Below are positions 30,508-40,051 of a stretch of DNA of 64,000 nt, piece by piece. The DNA comes from Gemmatimonadales bacterium (GTDB lineage: Bacteria > Gemmatimonadota > Gemmatimonadetes > Gemmatimonadales > GWC2-71-9), in the NCBI GenBank assembly GCA_037189525.1, contig JBBCJC010000002.1, forward strand, positions 544,001-608,000. Reading direction: 5' to 3'. The position numbers and the translations under genes were made by a program. The notes beneath the pieces are model-generated. The model was not told the origin of the DNA and did no database searches. It saw only the letters and a program-made list of their open reading frames with translations. Each line of letters starts with the position of its first letter. Position 1 is the first letter of the stretch.

Positions 30508-31875
30508 CTAGCCGGCGAACGGCGTATCAGGCTGCGGAAACCGCCACCGTTCGCCGCGTTCCAGGGCATCCAGTTGCAGAAAGAAGGTGCCGACGCCTGC
30601 CGCGCCCTGCATGAATCCGGTTTGCGCAACCAGATTCTCCGGTTGTGTCCGATTCTCGGCCTGAATCCAGTACAAGCCGGCATCGTCGGTGCGACCGGCG
30701 CGACGCATCGTGTCATCGACCAGACGCTTCATGAAGGCGCTGGCCGTCGGGGTGCGATGGTATCGCGCCAGATCGATGCAGTACTGTGCAACACCGATGT
30801 GGCCGCAGCACTGGCTGATGTTATTCCAGTATCCGGTGGTACGCTGTTCCGGAATGCCCGAGACCATGACGCCTTTGGTCAACCCATCGATCCAACCGGT
30901 CCATCGCGGATCGGGCGCCGCCTGGTTGAGCTGATAAAACAGCCGCGCCGTTCCGGTCGGACCGTGGCACCAGCTCAGGTAGTAGCGGTCCTGTCCCCCG
31001 TTTTCGTTGTGAAAGATCAGGGTGGCGCCATCCCGGCGGGTTGCAATGGCATCGAGGTAGCGAACGCCCTCGAGTGCTGCATTCAGAAAGGCGCGCTCTC
31101 CGGTGTGACGGTAGAGTGAGGCAAGGAAGTAGGCCACACCCGCGGTGCCGTGCGAAAAGTTCGGGAAGTTGACGCGGCGCGAGTCGCTCATGTGCCACAT
31201 CCGGCCGCCCTCCGCGGGCACCCCGGCTGCAATCAGGCGATGGCCGGCTTTGGCCGCGAGCGCCACCAGGGCAGGATCGTTCCAGGCCCGGCCGGCTTCG
31301 AGCAGAAAGAGCCCGGTGCCGGCGCCGCCACCGACGATGTCATGGACATCGGACCATTCGACTCCACCGTTCGCCTGTCGCGCGGTCCGGGCCAGCAATG
31401 CAGCTGCTTGCCGCGCATGGGCGGCGTAGCGTTCGCCGCCGCCGGCCCGGGCCACCGTATCGAAGGTGTAGCCCAGCCCGGCGAGTCCGACGTAGAGGCC
31501 GGCGCCCAGGTCGTCGGGGTTGCGAGCCATCTGGTGCGCCAGATAATCGCCGCCGCCGCGGGCACGCTCGAGCCAGCGGGCGTCTCCGGACGCGGCATGA
31601 AGCGCGGCGTAGAACGCCACGACACCCGGCATCCCGTTATAGAAGTCGGTGCTGACCGATTCAGGCTTGAGCGGATCGGCCGGCCAGGCCAGACCATGTT
31701 CGGTCGTCTGGGTGCTGCGATCGATCCAGCGGGCGCATTGCACCGCGAGGTCGAGATAGGGTTGCGCCGAGCGCCCGCGGCGAAGCCGAATCTCGGCCAC
31801 GGCAGACGCGGGCAGCCCCAGCGTGGCAGCGGCCAGCGCACCACGCGACAGGAATTCGCGACGATCGAACGACAT
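30508..31875 (-). CDS. LanC-like (lanthionine synthetase C) protein with a Tat signal
   Basis: DRREFL twin-arginine signal; repeated GxxG helical-barrel loops; FSHGTAG, WCHG and QCCG. Confidence 0.88.
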   Translation of the reverse strand: MSFDRREFLSRGALAAATLGLPASAVAEIRLRRGRSAQPYLDLAVQCARWIDRSTQTTEHGLAWPADPLKPESVSTDFYNGMPGVVAFYAALHAASGDARWLERARGGGDYLAHQMARNPDDLGAGLYVGLAGLGYTFDTVARAGGGERYAAHARQAAALLARTARQANGGVEWSDVHDIVGGGAGTGLFLLEAGRAWNDPALVALAAKAGHRLIAAGVPAEGGRMWHMSDSRRVNFPNFSHGTAGVAYFLASLYRHTGERAFLNAALEGVRYLDAIATRRDGATLIFHNENGGQDRYYLSWCHGPTGTARLFYQLNQAAPDPRWTGWIDGLTKGVMVSGIPEQRTTGYWNNISQCCGHIGVAQYCIDLARYHRTPTASAFMKRLVDDTMRRAGRTDDAGLYWIQAENRTQPENLVAQTGFMQGAAGVGTFFLQLDALERGERWRFPQPDTPFAG

Positions 31876-31907
31876 CGGGGTCTCCTCGCTCTTCCGCAAT
31901 TTCAGGG

Positions 31908-33542
31908 TCAGGGCCGGTAACCAGGGCCGCGCAAGACTCGGCCCGGCTTGGCACCGGTGAACTTACCCTGCTCGAATACTACCTGCCCGTTCACGATGAC
32001 CTGGCCAATCCCTTCCGACGGCAGCATCGGCTCGGCAAAGGTGGCGCGATCCCGGATCGTGTTGGGATTGAACACGACGATATCGGCGGCCAGACCAGGC
32101 GCCAGCCGCCCGCGATCGTAGGCCATCACCTGATTCGCAGCGACCGCCGTCATCTTCTGGATCGCGCTTTCCAGCGACAGCGCGCCCAACTCACGGACGT
32201 AGCGTGCAATGACGCGGGGAAAGGCGCCATGGCCGCGCGGGTGGGTCGAATGCCCGGCCGCCGCGGGGCCGGCGTCGGTGTCGAACGAGGTGAACTCCTC
32301 CTGCATGGCCTTGATCTTGTTGGCTTCCGACATGCTCTGCGGCATCGCGGCTGCATTGCTCTTGGCCAACTCGAAGAACACGACCCAGGGATCCTTGTTG
32401 ACGGCCCGGGCAATCGCAGCAAGCGACTGGCCGTTGTGCGCCTCGTAGCCGGGCAGATTGATCCGCGAGACGACGATCCGGTCCCAATCCTTCCCGGCAT
32501 GGGCAAACCAGTTCTCCCAGCCGCCTAACGACTCCATCTCGCGCCGGATCTCCGCCTGCATGGCCGGGTCGTCCAGCTTCTTGAGCAGTGCGGCCTGGCC
32601 TTCGGCCGCATGCCGCGGATGGATCAGCGCCCGAATGCCGAGACCGTTGTTGATATAGGGATAGACGTCGACCGCGACATGCTGGCCGCCGGCGCGCGCC
32701 GCTTTGATCCGGGCCAGAGCCAAATCCATCTTGCCCCAGTTGGCCTGACCGGCGGTCTTGAGGTGATAGATATGGACCGGCGTGCCCGCGGCCTGGCCGA
32801 TGCGCAGCGCCTCGTCGATCGCCTCGAGCAACTGGTCGCCCTCGTTCCGCATGTGGGTGAAGTAACGACCACCGTACTCCCCGGCGACCTTGGTGAGTTC
32901 GGCAATTTCCTGTTCCGACGCATAGATGGCCGGCGGATAGATCAGCGAGGTGGAGACGCCGATGGCGCCGGCTTCCATGGCTTCCCGCACCATACCGCGC
33001 ATCCGGTCCAGCTCGGGTTGGGTCGCCTGCCGGTCGGTGTCGCCGAGGACGATACGACGGATCTGGGTATGGCCGACCGTCTGTACCATGTTGATCGGCA
33101 TCCCGGTCTGTTCGAGCCGGGTGAAGAACTGCCGCATGGTTTGCCAGCCGCGCGCTTTGGCGGCTTCCTCACCGAGCGGTGCATCGCTGGCGCCTTCGCC
33201 GGCGTTGATCGTGGTGATGCCTTGCGAGAGCAGGTTGAACGCCGAGCCGGCGTCCTGAATGAAGGGCGCGGCGGTCTGGCCCATCATGTCGATGAACCCG
33301 GGGGTGACGACCTGGCCCGTGGCGTCGATGGCCCGCCGTCCGTCGCTCGGTGCGATCCGGCCGATCGCGGCGATCTTGCCGTCCTTGATGGCCAGGTCAC
33401 CCCAGTACCATGGCGCGCCGGTGCCGTCGATGATCCGCCCGCCGTGAATCACGATATCGTAGCGCGGATTTTGCGCAGCCAGCGACGAGTGGGCGGCGGC
33501 CGCCAGCAGGCCGGCCAGCGCGATGCGTCGAATCAATTCCAT
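31908..33542 (-). CDS. N-acyl-D-amino-acid deacylase family amidohydrolase, secreted
   Basis: GGRIIDGTG, PGFID, HMRNE, HIYHLK, HPR..G.FPR; signal peptide; start overlaps the upstream gene end. Confidence 0.88.
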   Translation of the reverse strand: MELIRRIALAGLLAAAAHSSLAAQNPRYDIVIHGGRIIDGTGAPWYWGDLAIKDGKIAAIGRIAPSDGRRAIDATGQVVTPGFIDMMGQTAAPFIQDAGSAFNLLSQGITTINAGEGASDAPLGEEAAKARGWQTMRQFFTRLEQTGMPINMVQTVGHTQIRRIVLGDTDRQATQPELDRMRGMVREAMEAGAIGVSTSLIYPPAIYASEQEIAELTKVAGEYGGRYFTHMRNEGDQLLEAIDEALRIGQAAGTPVHIYHLKTAGQANWGKMDLALARIKAARAGGQHVAVDVYPYINNGLGIRALIHPRHAAEGQAALLKKLDDPAMQAEIRREMESLGGWENWFAHAGKDWDRIVVSRINLPGYEAHNGQSLAAIARAVNKDPWVVFFELAKSNAAAMPQSMSEANKIKAMQEEFTSFDTDAGPAAAGHSTHPRGHGAFPRVIARYVRELGALSLESAIQKMTAVAANQVMAYDRGRLAPGLAADIVVFNPNTIRDRATFAEPMLPSEGIGQVIVNGQVVFEQGKFTGAKPGRVLRGPGYRP

Positions 33543-34513
33543 TGCATTCCCCGGATCTGGTCGAGATTGAGATTGCCGCCGCTCAGCACGCACGCCACGC
33601 GCGAGCCGGCCGGCAGTTTGACGAGTCCCTGCAGTACCGCGCCGACGGAGGCGGCCGCGGCGGCTTCCGGCACCACCTTGCAGCGTTCCATCAGCCAGAT
33701 CATGGCCTCGAAGATCTGCTGATCGGGCAGCGTGACGATTTCGTCGACGAAGCGCTGGCAGACCGAGAAGGTGTGGACCCCGACCCGCTTGACGCGCAGG
33801 CCGTCGATGACGGTGCGGCAATCGATGGTGACGAGTTCTCCGGCTTCGAGGCTCTTCTGCATGGCCGGGCCGTCGGACGATTCGACGCCGATGACGCGAA
33901 TCTTCGGATTGTGACTCTTCGCGGCCATGGCCACGCCCGAGATCAGGCCACCGCCGCCGATCGGTACCACGATCGTATCGAGTTCGGGCCAGTCGGTTAC
34001 GACCTCGAGGCCCAACGTGCCCTGACCCGCGATCAGATCCGGATCGTCGAACGGACTGATGTACGTCAAACCTTCCCGTTCGACCAGTTCGAGCGCCTTT
34101 TCATTGGCTTCATCCCAGATCTTGCCGTGCAGCACCACCTCGGCGCCATACCCCTTCGTGGCCGCGATCTTGGCCGGCGTGGCATTCTCGGCCATGCATA
34201 CGACGGCCCGGAGGCCATGCACCTTCGCAGCGAGCGCAACGCCCTGCGCGTGGTTGCCGGCCGACGAACAGACCACGCCGCGGCGCTTCTGCTCGTCGGT
34301 CAGGAAGGTGAACTTGTTGAGCGGTCCCCGAATCTTGTAGGCGCCGACCCGTTGAAACATCTCGGCCTTGAGCCGGATCTCGTAGCCCGAGAGTTCGGAC
34401 AGCTGGCGCGAGCCGAGCAGCGGGGTGTGATAGATATGGGGGGCGATCCGCGCGCGGGCCGCTTTGAAGTCATCGAGCGTCAGGGTGAGTCGAGACTGGT
34501 CGTGGGCAGACAT
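33533..34513 (-). CDS. PLP-dependent threonine/serine dehydratase (or serine racemase), no regulatory domain
   Basis: KAEMFQRVGAYKIRG (PLP Lys), SAGNHAQG, PIGGGGL, LSGGN. Confidence 0.92.
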   Translation of the reverse strand: MSAHDQSRLTLTLDDFKAARARIAPHIYHTPLLGSRQLSELSGYEIRLKAEMFQRVGAYKIRGPLNKFTFLTDEQKRRGVVCSSAGNHAQGVALAAKVHGLRAVVCMAENATPAKIAATKGYGAEVVLHGKIWDEANEKALELVEREGLTYISPFDDPDLIAGQGTLGLEVVTDWPELDTIVVPIGGGGLISGVAMAAKSHNPKIRVIGVESSDGPAMQKSLEAGELVTIDCRTVIDGLRVKRVGVHTFSVCQRFVDEIVTLPDQQIFEAMIWLMERCKVVPEAAAAASVGAVLQGLVKLPAGSRVACVLSGGNLNLDQIRGMQWN

Positions 34514-34599
34514 CGTCGGGGGCTGTGGCTCCGAATGGAAGTGCGGGCGAGCGAAGCAATAGTCGAGGCTATCAATCTGATGCTACCTGCAACCGGAGG

Positions 34600-35598
34600 C
34601 TACCCTCGCCGGGGGCGAAGCCGGCTTTGGGACAATCGGTTTCGCGTTTCCGCCACCAGAGTCTGCACGATCGTGGCGGCGGGCGCCGTCTCCCGAATCA
34701 GGCCGACGCTCTGGCCGGCGTAGAGCGCGAGGTCGGCCGCGTTGCCCGTGGTGGCAGGCCGAGGAATGGTGTCCTCGTAGCGTTGCACCGGTTTCCCGTC
34801 GGTCTGGGCAATGATCTCTCCCTCACCGGGGCGATGGGGCGCCAGAGGCCGGCCCGCCGCTTCCCACCGCGCGACGGTTTCATTGCGGAGAGTCCGGTGC
34901 GGCGCGTCGGGCCAGCCGATATCGAACAGGCTCGAGTAGACCGTATCCGTTTCGGCGGCGGCCAGAATCCGATCGCGATAGATCGGATGGATCTCGGCCT
35001 CGTCGGCCGCCAGGAATCGGGTGCCGAGCCATCCCGCCTGCGCACCGAGCGTAATCGCCGCCGCGAGACCGCGTCCGTCGGCAATACCCCCGGCGGCCAC
35101 GACCGGCGTCGGGCCGATCGCATCGACCACCGCCGGTACCAGGATCATGGTCGACACCTCACCGCAGACGTGGCCGCCGGCTTCCCAGCCTTGGGCCACG
35201 ATGGCGTCGGCGCCCGCATCGCGGGCCTGAACGGCGCCGGCCACCGATCCGACGGTGCAGAGGACCATGGCGTTGGAGCGTTGGGCGACCGTGATATATG
35301 GTACGGGGTCGCCCCAAGCCAGTGAAATGATCCGGATCTTTTCTTCGAGGACCACGGCCAGGCGCTCCTGCTGATCCCAGGCCAGGACGAGATTGACGCC
35401 GAAGGGCCGCCGGGTCAGGCGGCGGGTGGCCCGGATCAGGGTCCGGATCTGGTCGGGCGACCGCCAGCTCAGGGCCAGCATGCCGAGCCCGCCGGCATTC
35501 GACACGGCCGCGGCGAGCGCCGGGGTGGTGGCGCTCCCGATCGGCGCCTGGATGATCGGGTACGAAATGCGTAATTGGCGACAGAGGGGCGTTCGCAT
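34600..35598 (-). CDS. Nitronate monooxygenase family flavoprotein
   Basis: PIIQAP, GGLG, PFGVN, QGWEAGGH, AAGGIADG, GTRF, YAGQS. Confidence 0.9.
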   Translation of the reverse strand: MRTPLCRQLRISYPIIQAPIGSATTPALAAAVSNAGGLGMLALSWRSPDQIRTLIRATRRLTRRPFGVNLVLAWDQQERLAVVLEEKIRIISLAWGDPVPYITVAQRSNAMVLCTVGSVAGAVQARDAGADAIVAQGWEAGGHVCGEVSTMILVPAVVDAIGPTPVVAAGGIADGRGLAAAITLGAQAGWLGTRFLAADEAEIHPIYRDRILAAAETDTVYSSLFDIGWPDAPHRTLRNETVARWEAAGRPLAPHRPGEGEIIAQTDGKPVQRYEDTIPRPATTGNAADLALYAGQSVGLIRETAPAATIVQTLVAETRNRLSQSRLRPRRG

Positions 35599-35804
35599 GA
35601 TTCGGGGGAATCTACGTCGGGCGGTCACGGCCCGTACCCCGGACCGCGCCGTCGTTCCGGGTTTGCGTCGTCCCGGTGCGTCCCCTACTATCCCGCGACG
35701 TCCGTAATCCGCTGGAAACCGGCGCCAGGAAGCGCCCGGTCGAGCCGGCGGACTGATCGGACCCGTGTCCGACGCCGATGTTTCATCCGCCTGGGGAGGT
35801 CGTA

Positions 35805-36782
35805 ATGCGCGCGATTCAGGTGCACGAGTTCGGGGATCCATCCGTGCTCAAACTGGTCGACGTGCCCACTCCGGTGCCCGGACCGGGCCAGGTGCTGGTG
35901 GCCGTCCAGGCGATCGGCGTGAATCCCGCGGAGACCTACATGCGGAGCGGGCGGTATGCGCTGCTGCCGGCGCTGCCCTACACGCCGGGATCGGACGGTG
36001 CCGGCATCATCCGGCAGGTCGGCCCCGGGGTGACCGAATGGAAGGAGAACGACCGGGTCTTCTTTCACGGCACGGCGGCAGGGCGGTCGTTTGGTGCGTA
36101 CGCGGAAATGGCGGTCTGCGAGGCTTATCAGGTCTTTCGGTTGCCGGCCAACATCGGCTTTTCCGAAGGCGCGGCCATCCCGATTCCCTATGCGACGGCG
36201 TATCGGGCTCTCTTCGGCAAGGCCGCTGCGCAGCCCGGCGAGATCGTGCTGATCCACGGCGCCAGCGGTGGGGTCGGCATTGCCGCCGTGCAACTGGCCC
36301 GCTGGAAACAGCTGCGGGTCATCGGTACGGCGGGCACGTCCGAAGGCCTCGATCTGGTGCGGGCCAACGGTGCGCACCTTGCGGTGAGCCACAAGGGCGC
36401 GCTCTATCTGGATCAGGTGCGGGACGCGGCCAACCAGGGGCGCGGGCCGGACGTGATCCTCGAGATGCTCGCCAACGTCAATCTCGATCACGATCTCGAT
36501 GTCCTCGCGCCGAAGGGGCGGATCGTCATCATCGGGAATCGCGGCCGGATCGAGATCGATCCGCGCAAGATCATGTCGAAGGACGCGGCCGTGCTCGGCG
36601 TGATGCTCTGGAACGACTCGCCGGAGGCGCTGGCGCCGGTCTTTCGGGATCTGATTCGCGGGCTGGAAGAGGGGGTGCTGGTGCCGGTGGTCGGGCGGGA
36701 AATCCCGTTGGCGGAAGCGGCGCGCGCCCACGATGCCGTGCTCGAGCCCGGGGCCTACGGCAAGATCGTGCTGATTCCGTAA
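35805..36782 (+). CDS. NADPH:quinone reductase (zeta-crystallin/MDR family)
   Basis: GVNPAE, PYTPGSDGAG, HGASGGVG, GKIVL; SD GGAGGT. Confidence 0.92.
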   Translation: MRAIQVHEFGDPSVLKLVDVPTPVPGPGQVLVAVQAIGVNPAETYMRSGRYALLPALPYTPGSDGAGIIRQVGPGVTEWKENDRVFFHGTAAGRSFGAYAEMAVCEAYQVFRLPANIGFSEGAAIPIPYATAYRALFGKAAAQPGEIVLIHGASGGVGIAAVQLARWKQLRVIGTAGTSEGLDLVRANGAHLAVSHKGALYLDQVRDAANQGRGPDVILEMLANVNLDHDLDVLAPKGRIVIIGNRGRIEIDPRKIMSKDAAVLGVMLWNDSPEALAPVFRDLIRGLEEGVLVPVVGREIPLAEAARAHDAVLEPGAYGKIVLIP

Positions 36783-37081
36783 AAACAGCGACGCGCCGGA
36801 CCGGGGGATCCGACGCGTCGCCAGGGAAGTTGGGCTCGGCCCTGGGGGGACAGGGACGCACCCGGGAAGGTGAGCGCCGGGTCAACGAACCGCCGCTCGC
36901 CCCTCACAAAGGCAAGCGATGTGCCGATGTCTCCCTTCGAATCACGATTTCATAAATCATTTCGTCGCAATAAGTTAATGAGTTCATAGCGCGGGCGCCC
37001 GTGCCCGGCCTGCCGAGGTTGTCGCTGTGCTCACGCCATGGTGTGGCTCAGATTCGACGCCGGTACACGCGAGGGGGATAC

Positions 37082-38242
37082 ATGATCGGTCGCTGGATGC
37101 TGGGGATCCTGCTTGTCGGCGTCGGCGGGGCGGAGTTGTCGGGTCAGGGCGCGAGACCGCGGGCGCGCGAGCTCGGAGTCGCCCCGGGCATCTTTGCGCC
37201 GGGTGCGCTCAACGCGATTACCGATGTAGGCGGGGTGCGGGTTGGCCAGGTCACCGTGATCGAGGGCGACTCGGTGCGCACCGGAATCACCGCCATCCTG
37301 CCGCACGAGGGCAATGTCTTTCTCGATCGCGTGCCCGCCGCGATCGCGGTCGGAAACGGGTACGGCAAGCTGCTCGGCGTGACCCAGGTCGCGGAGTTGG
37401 GTGAGATCGAAACCCCGATTCTGCTGACCTGCACGCTCTGCGTCTGGAAGGCGGCCGATGCCATGGTGGCGTGGCTGCTCGAACAGCCGGGGATGGAAGA
37501 CGTGGGTTCCATCAATGCGCTGGTGGGCGAAACCAACGATGGCGGCCTCAACGCCATTCGTCTCCGGCCGATCAGCCCGGCCCAGGTGCGCACGGCGCTG
37601 ACGTCCGCCCGGAGCGGACCGGTCGAGGAGGGGGCCGTGGGTGCCGGCGCCGGTACCGTGGCATTTGGATGGAAGGGCGGCATCGGGACCTCCTCCCGCC
37701 GACTGCCGGCCTCACTCGGCGGCTGGACCGTGGGTGTGCTGGTGCAGAGCAACTATGGCGGCGTCTTCCAGGTGATGGGCGTGCCCATCGGGCGCGAGTT
37801 GGGCCAGTACTCCTACCGGCGGAACGTGGAGGAACGGTCCGGTGACGGATCGATCATGATCGTGGTGGCGACCGATGCGCCGGTCGACGATCGCAGCTTG
37901 CGGCGGATCGCCAGCCGCGCATTGCTGGGGCTGGGCAATACGGGCAGTTCGATGAGCAACGGCTCGGGCGACTACGTGATTGCCTTTGCAACGCATCCGT
38001 CGGTTCGTCGCGGCCATCCCGACCGGGCTGCGCGGCGGGATTCGATCGAAACCGGCCGTCGTCTGCTCACCAACCCGGAACTGTCACCGCTCTTTGCCGC
38101 AACCGCGGAAGCGACCGAAGAGGCGATCTACAACTCCCTCTTCAAGGCTGTCACCGTCACCACTCGGAAAGGTACGGTCGAAGCCCTGCCGATCGACCGG
38201 GTGCGCGAGTTGTTGTCGCGCTATGGCGCGGCCAAACGCTGA
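37082..38242 (+). CDS. P1 family (DmpA-like) aminopeptidase
   Basis: NAITDV, NGYGK, ETNDG, WKGGIGTSSR, autoprocessing DG|SI site, NGSGD. Confidence 0.93.
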   Translation: MIGRWMLGILLVGVGGAELSGQGARPRARELGVAPGIFAPGALNAITDVGGVRVGQVTVIEGDSVRTGITAILPHEGNVFLDRVPAAIAVGNGYGKLLGVTQVAELGEIETPILLTCTLCVWKAADAMVAWLLEQPGMEDVGSINALVGETNDGGLNAIRLRPISPAQVRTALTSARSGPVEEGAVGAGAGTVAFGWKGGIGTSSRRLPASLGGWTVGVLVQSNYGGVFQVMGVPIGRELGQYSYRRNVEERSGDGSIMIVVATDAPVDDRSLRRIASRALLGLGNTGSSMSNGSGDYVIAFATHPSVRRGHPDRAARRDSIETGRRLLTNPELSPLFAATAEATEEAIYNSLFKAVTVTTRKGTVEALPIDRVRELLSRYGAAKR

Positions 38243-38604
38243 GACCCGCCCAGAGCAAATCCGGCGGCGGTCGCCCCCAGGCTCAGGAGCACGCTGGCCA
38301 CGACATAGAACGCCGCGCTGCTCCAGGCCCCGGTGCGCAGCAGCTCGAGCGTTTCGGCGCTGAAGGCCGAGAATGTGGTGTAGCCGCCGCAGAGGCCCAC
38401 CGTCAGAAACACCCGGGCTTCCGCGCTCAGGCCCGGTGAACCCACGGCATATCGGAGTATCAAACCGATCAGGAAGGACCCGGTCACGTTGACGACCAGG
38501 GTACCGAGGGGAAAGGAACTGCCGGTCATGCGCTGGACGCCCGTGGTCACCAGATACCGGGCCAGACCGCCGAGACCGCTGCCGATCAGGACGTAGAGCC
38601 ACAT
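38221..38604 (-). CDS. crcB: Fluoride efflux channel Fluc
   Basis: GGLARY, FPLGTLVVNVTGSF, GLCGGYTTFSAF. Confidence 0.95.
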   Translation of the reverse strand: MWLYVLIGSGLGGLARYLVTTGVQRMTGSSFPLGTLVVNVTGSFLIGLILRYAVGSPGLSAEARVFLTVGLCGGYTTFSAFSAETLELLRTGAWSSAAFYVVASVLLSLGATAAGFALGGSQRLAAP

Positions 38605-38649
38605 CCCTCAAGTGTAACCCGGGTGACGGGCTACGACACGGGTCGGCGG

Positions 38650-39126
38650 CTAGAGCTTGAAGGTTTGGGGCGGCGGGCCGGCGAGGATCTGATGGATGGC
38701 TGCAATGACGCTGTCGTCGTCGCTCAGCAGCACCAGCTCGGCGCCGCGCGCGGTGGAGCGCACGGTACAGCGGAGCGCTCCCCGGTTTCCTGCCAGCACC
38801 TGCACGGCCGCTCCCTCGTTCGGGATGAAACGAACGTTGCGATAGTCGCCACGGCGGATGGCTGCCGCACTTTCGATCAGATGAGCCCGAAGCCCCTCGA
38901 GGCCGGCGGAGTCCGGACGCTGCAGGGACAGGGCAATCCGTCCCCCACTTTCATTCGCGGTGTATTCGACCACGGGGGCGGGCCGCGCAGTCGCTGCCAG
39001 GGCAACGGTTTGGGCGGCGCCCGGACGCGCGGTCTGGAGCAGCATCAGCGCGGCGACGATGCCGGACCAGCGGATGATGCCGGCCCGGGGTGCGGGTGCG
39101 GAATGGGATTTTGATCGGGTCGTCAT
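38650..39126 (-). CDS. Hypothetical secreted protein
   Basis: Signal peptide ending AAQ; SD GAGGTG; upstream of crcB. Confidence 0.6.
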   Translation of the reverse strand: MTTRSKSHSAPAPRAGIIRWSGIVAALMLLQTARPGAAQTVALAATARPAPVVEYTANESGGRIALSLQRPDSAGLEGLRAHLIESAAAIRRGDYRNVRFIPNEGAAVQVLAGNRGALRCTVRSTARGAELVLLSDDDSVIAAIHQILAGPPPQTFKL

Positions 39127-39210
39127 CTGAGTCACACCTCTTGGCCGACGGGACGCAGCGCAAGAGGGGTGCCATCAGAGTCAGTCGCGGTTAGGAGCCA
39201 ACGAGAGCGG

Positions 39211-39972
39211 TCAGTGACCTGCGAAGGCGCGGGAGGCCGCCACCAGTTCGTCGAACAGGCGGCCGGTCCTGGGGTCCTTGGTTTCCAGCGTTTCCGGGTG
39301 CCATTGGACGCCCACCACGAAGGGCGGGGCGTCCAGCTCCACCGCCTCCACCGTGCCGTCCGGCGCCCGGGCGGAGGCCACCAGATCGCGCCCAAGGCGA
39401 TTGACCCCCTGGTGATGCATGCTGTTGACCGCAATCGAGGGCGCCTCGAAAATGCGGGCCAGCCGAGTACCGGCCTCGAGGGTCACATCGTGGGCCAGGT
39501 GGTCGCGTGCGAACCCGGCGGTCGGGAAATAGTCGTGCTTGATCGCGTCGGGCACCAGTGCTTCCAGATCCTGAAAGAGCGATCCGCCCTGCGCGACGTT
39601 GATGATCTGATGGCCGCGACAGAGCCCCAGCACCGGTTTGCCGTCGGCAATGGCCCACCGCGCCAGAGTCAGTTCGACGGTATCGCGCGCCGGATCGATG
39701 TTGCCCAGCTTAGGGTGCGGTGTTTCACCGTAGGTAGCCGGATCCAAGTCGACGCCGCCGGCAATCAGCAGTCCGTCGAGCCGCTGGTAGATGCAGCGCA
39801 GCGTATCGAGGTCGTCGTGCAGCAGCGGCACCATCCAGGGCACCGCCCCCGATTCGGTTGCTGCGTAGTAGTAGCGCTGATTCATGACCCAGGACGCCGG
39901 CAGGCCTTCGGGAATGCCATCGATGGCGTGTAGCGTCTGGGTCGGAATGCCGATTGTCGGTCGGTAGCTCAT
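39211..39972 (-). CDS. Gamma-glutamyl-gamma-aminobutyrate hydrolase family (peptidase C26, class I GATase)
   Basis: GGVD, GLCRGHQ nucleophile elbow, VNSMHHQ, QWHPE. Confidence 0.92.
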   Translation of the reverse strand: MSYRPTIGIPTQTLHAIDGIPEGLPASWVMNQRYYYAATESGAVPWMVPLLHDDLDTLRCIYQRLDGLLIAGGVDLDPATYGETPHPKLGNIDPARDTVELTLARWAIADGKPVLGLCRGHQIINVAQGGSLFQDLEALVPDAIKHDYFPTAGFARDHLAHDVTLEAGTRLARIFEAPSIAVNSMHHQGVNRLGRDLVASARAPDGTVEAVELDAPPFVVGVQWHPETLETKDPRTGRLFDELVAASRAFAGH

Positions 39973-40051
39973 AGCCGGATAAAATAACGGTGTCGTGAAA
40001 GCGTTCCTGTCAGGGGGCGGTCCGCGATAATCGGGCCACGAGCCGCCCGGC

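Noticed and set aside
30508..34513. Lanthipeptide biosynthetic cluster
   Set aside because: No LanB, LanM or kinase domain, Ser/Thr/Cys-rich precursor or dedicated transporter nearby
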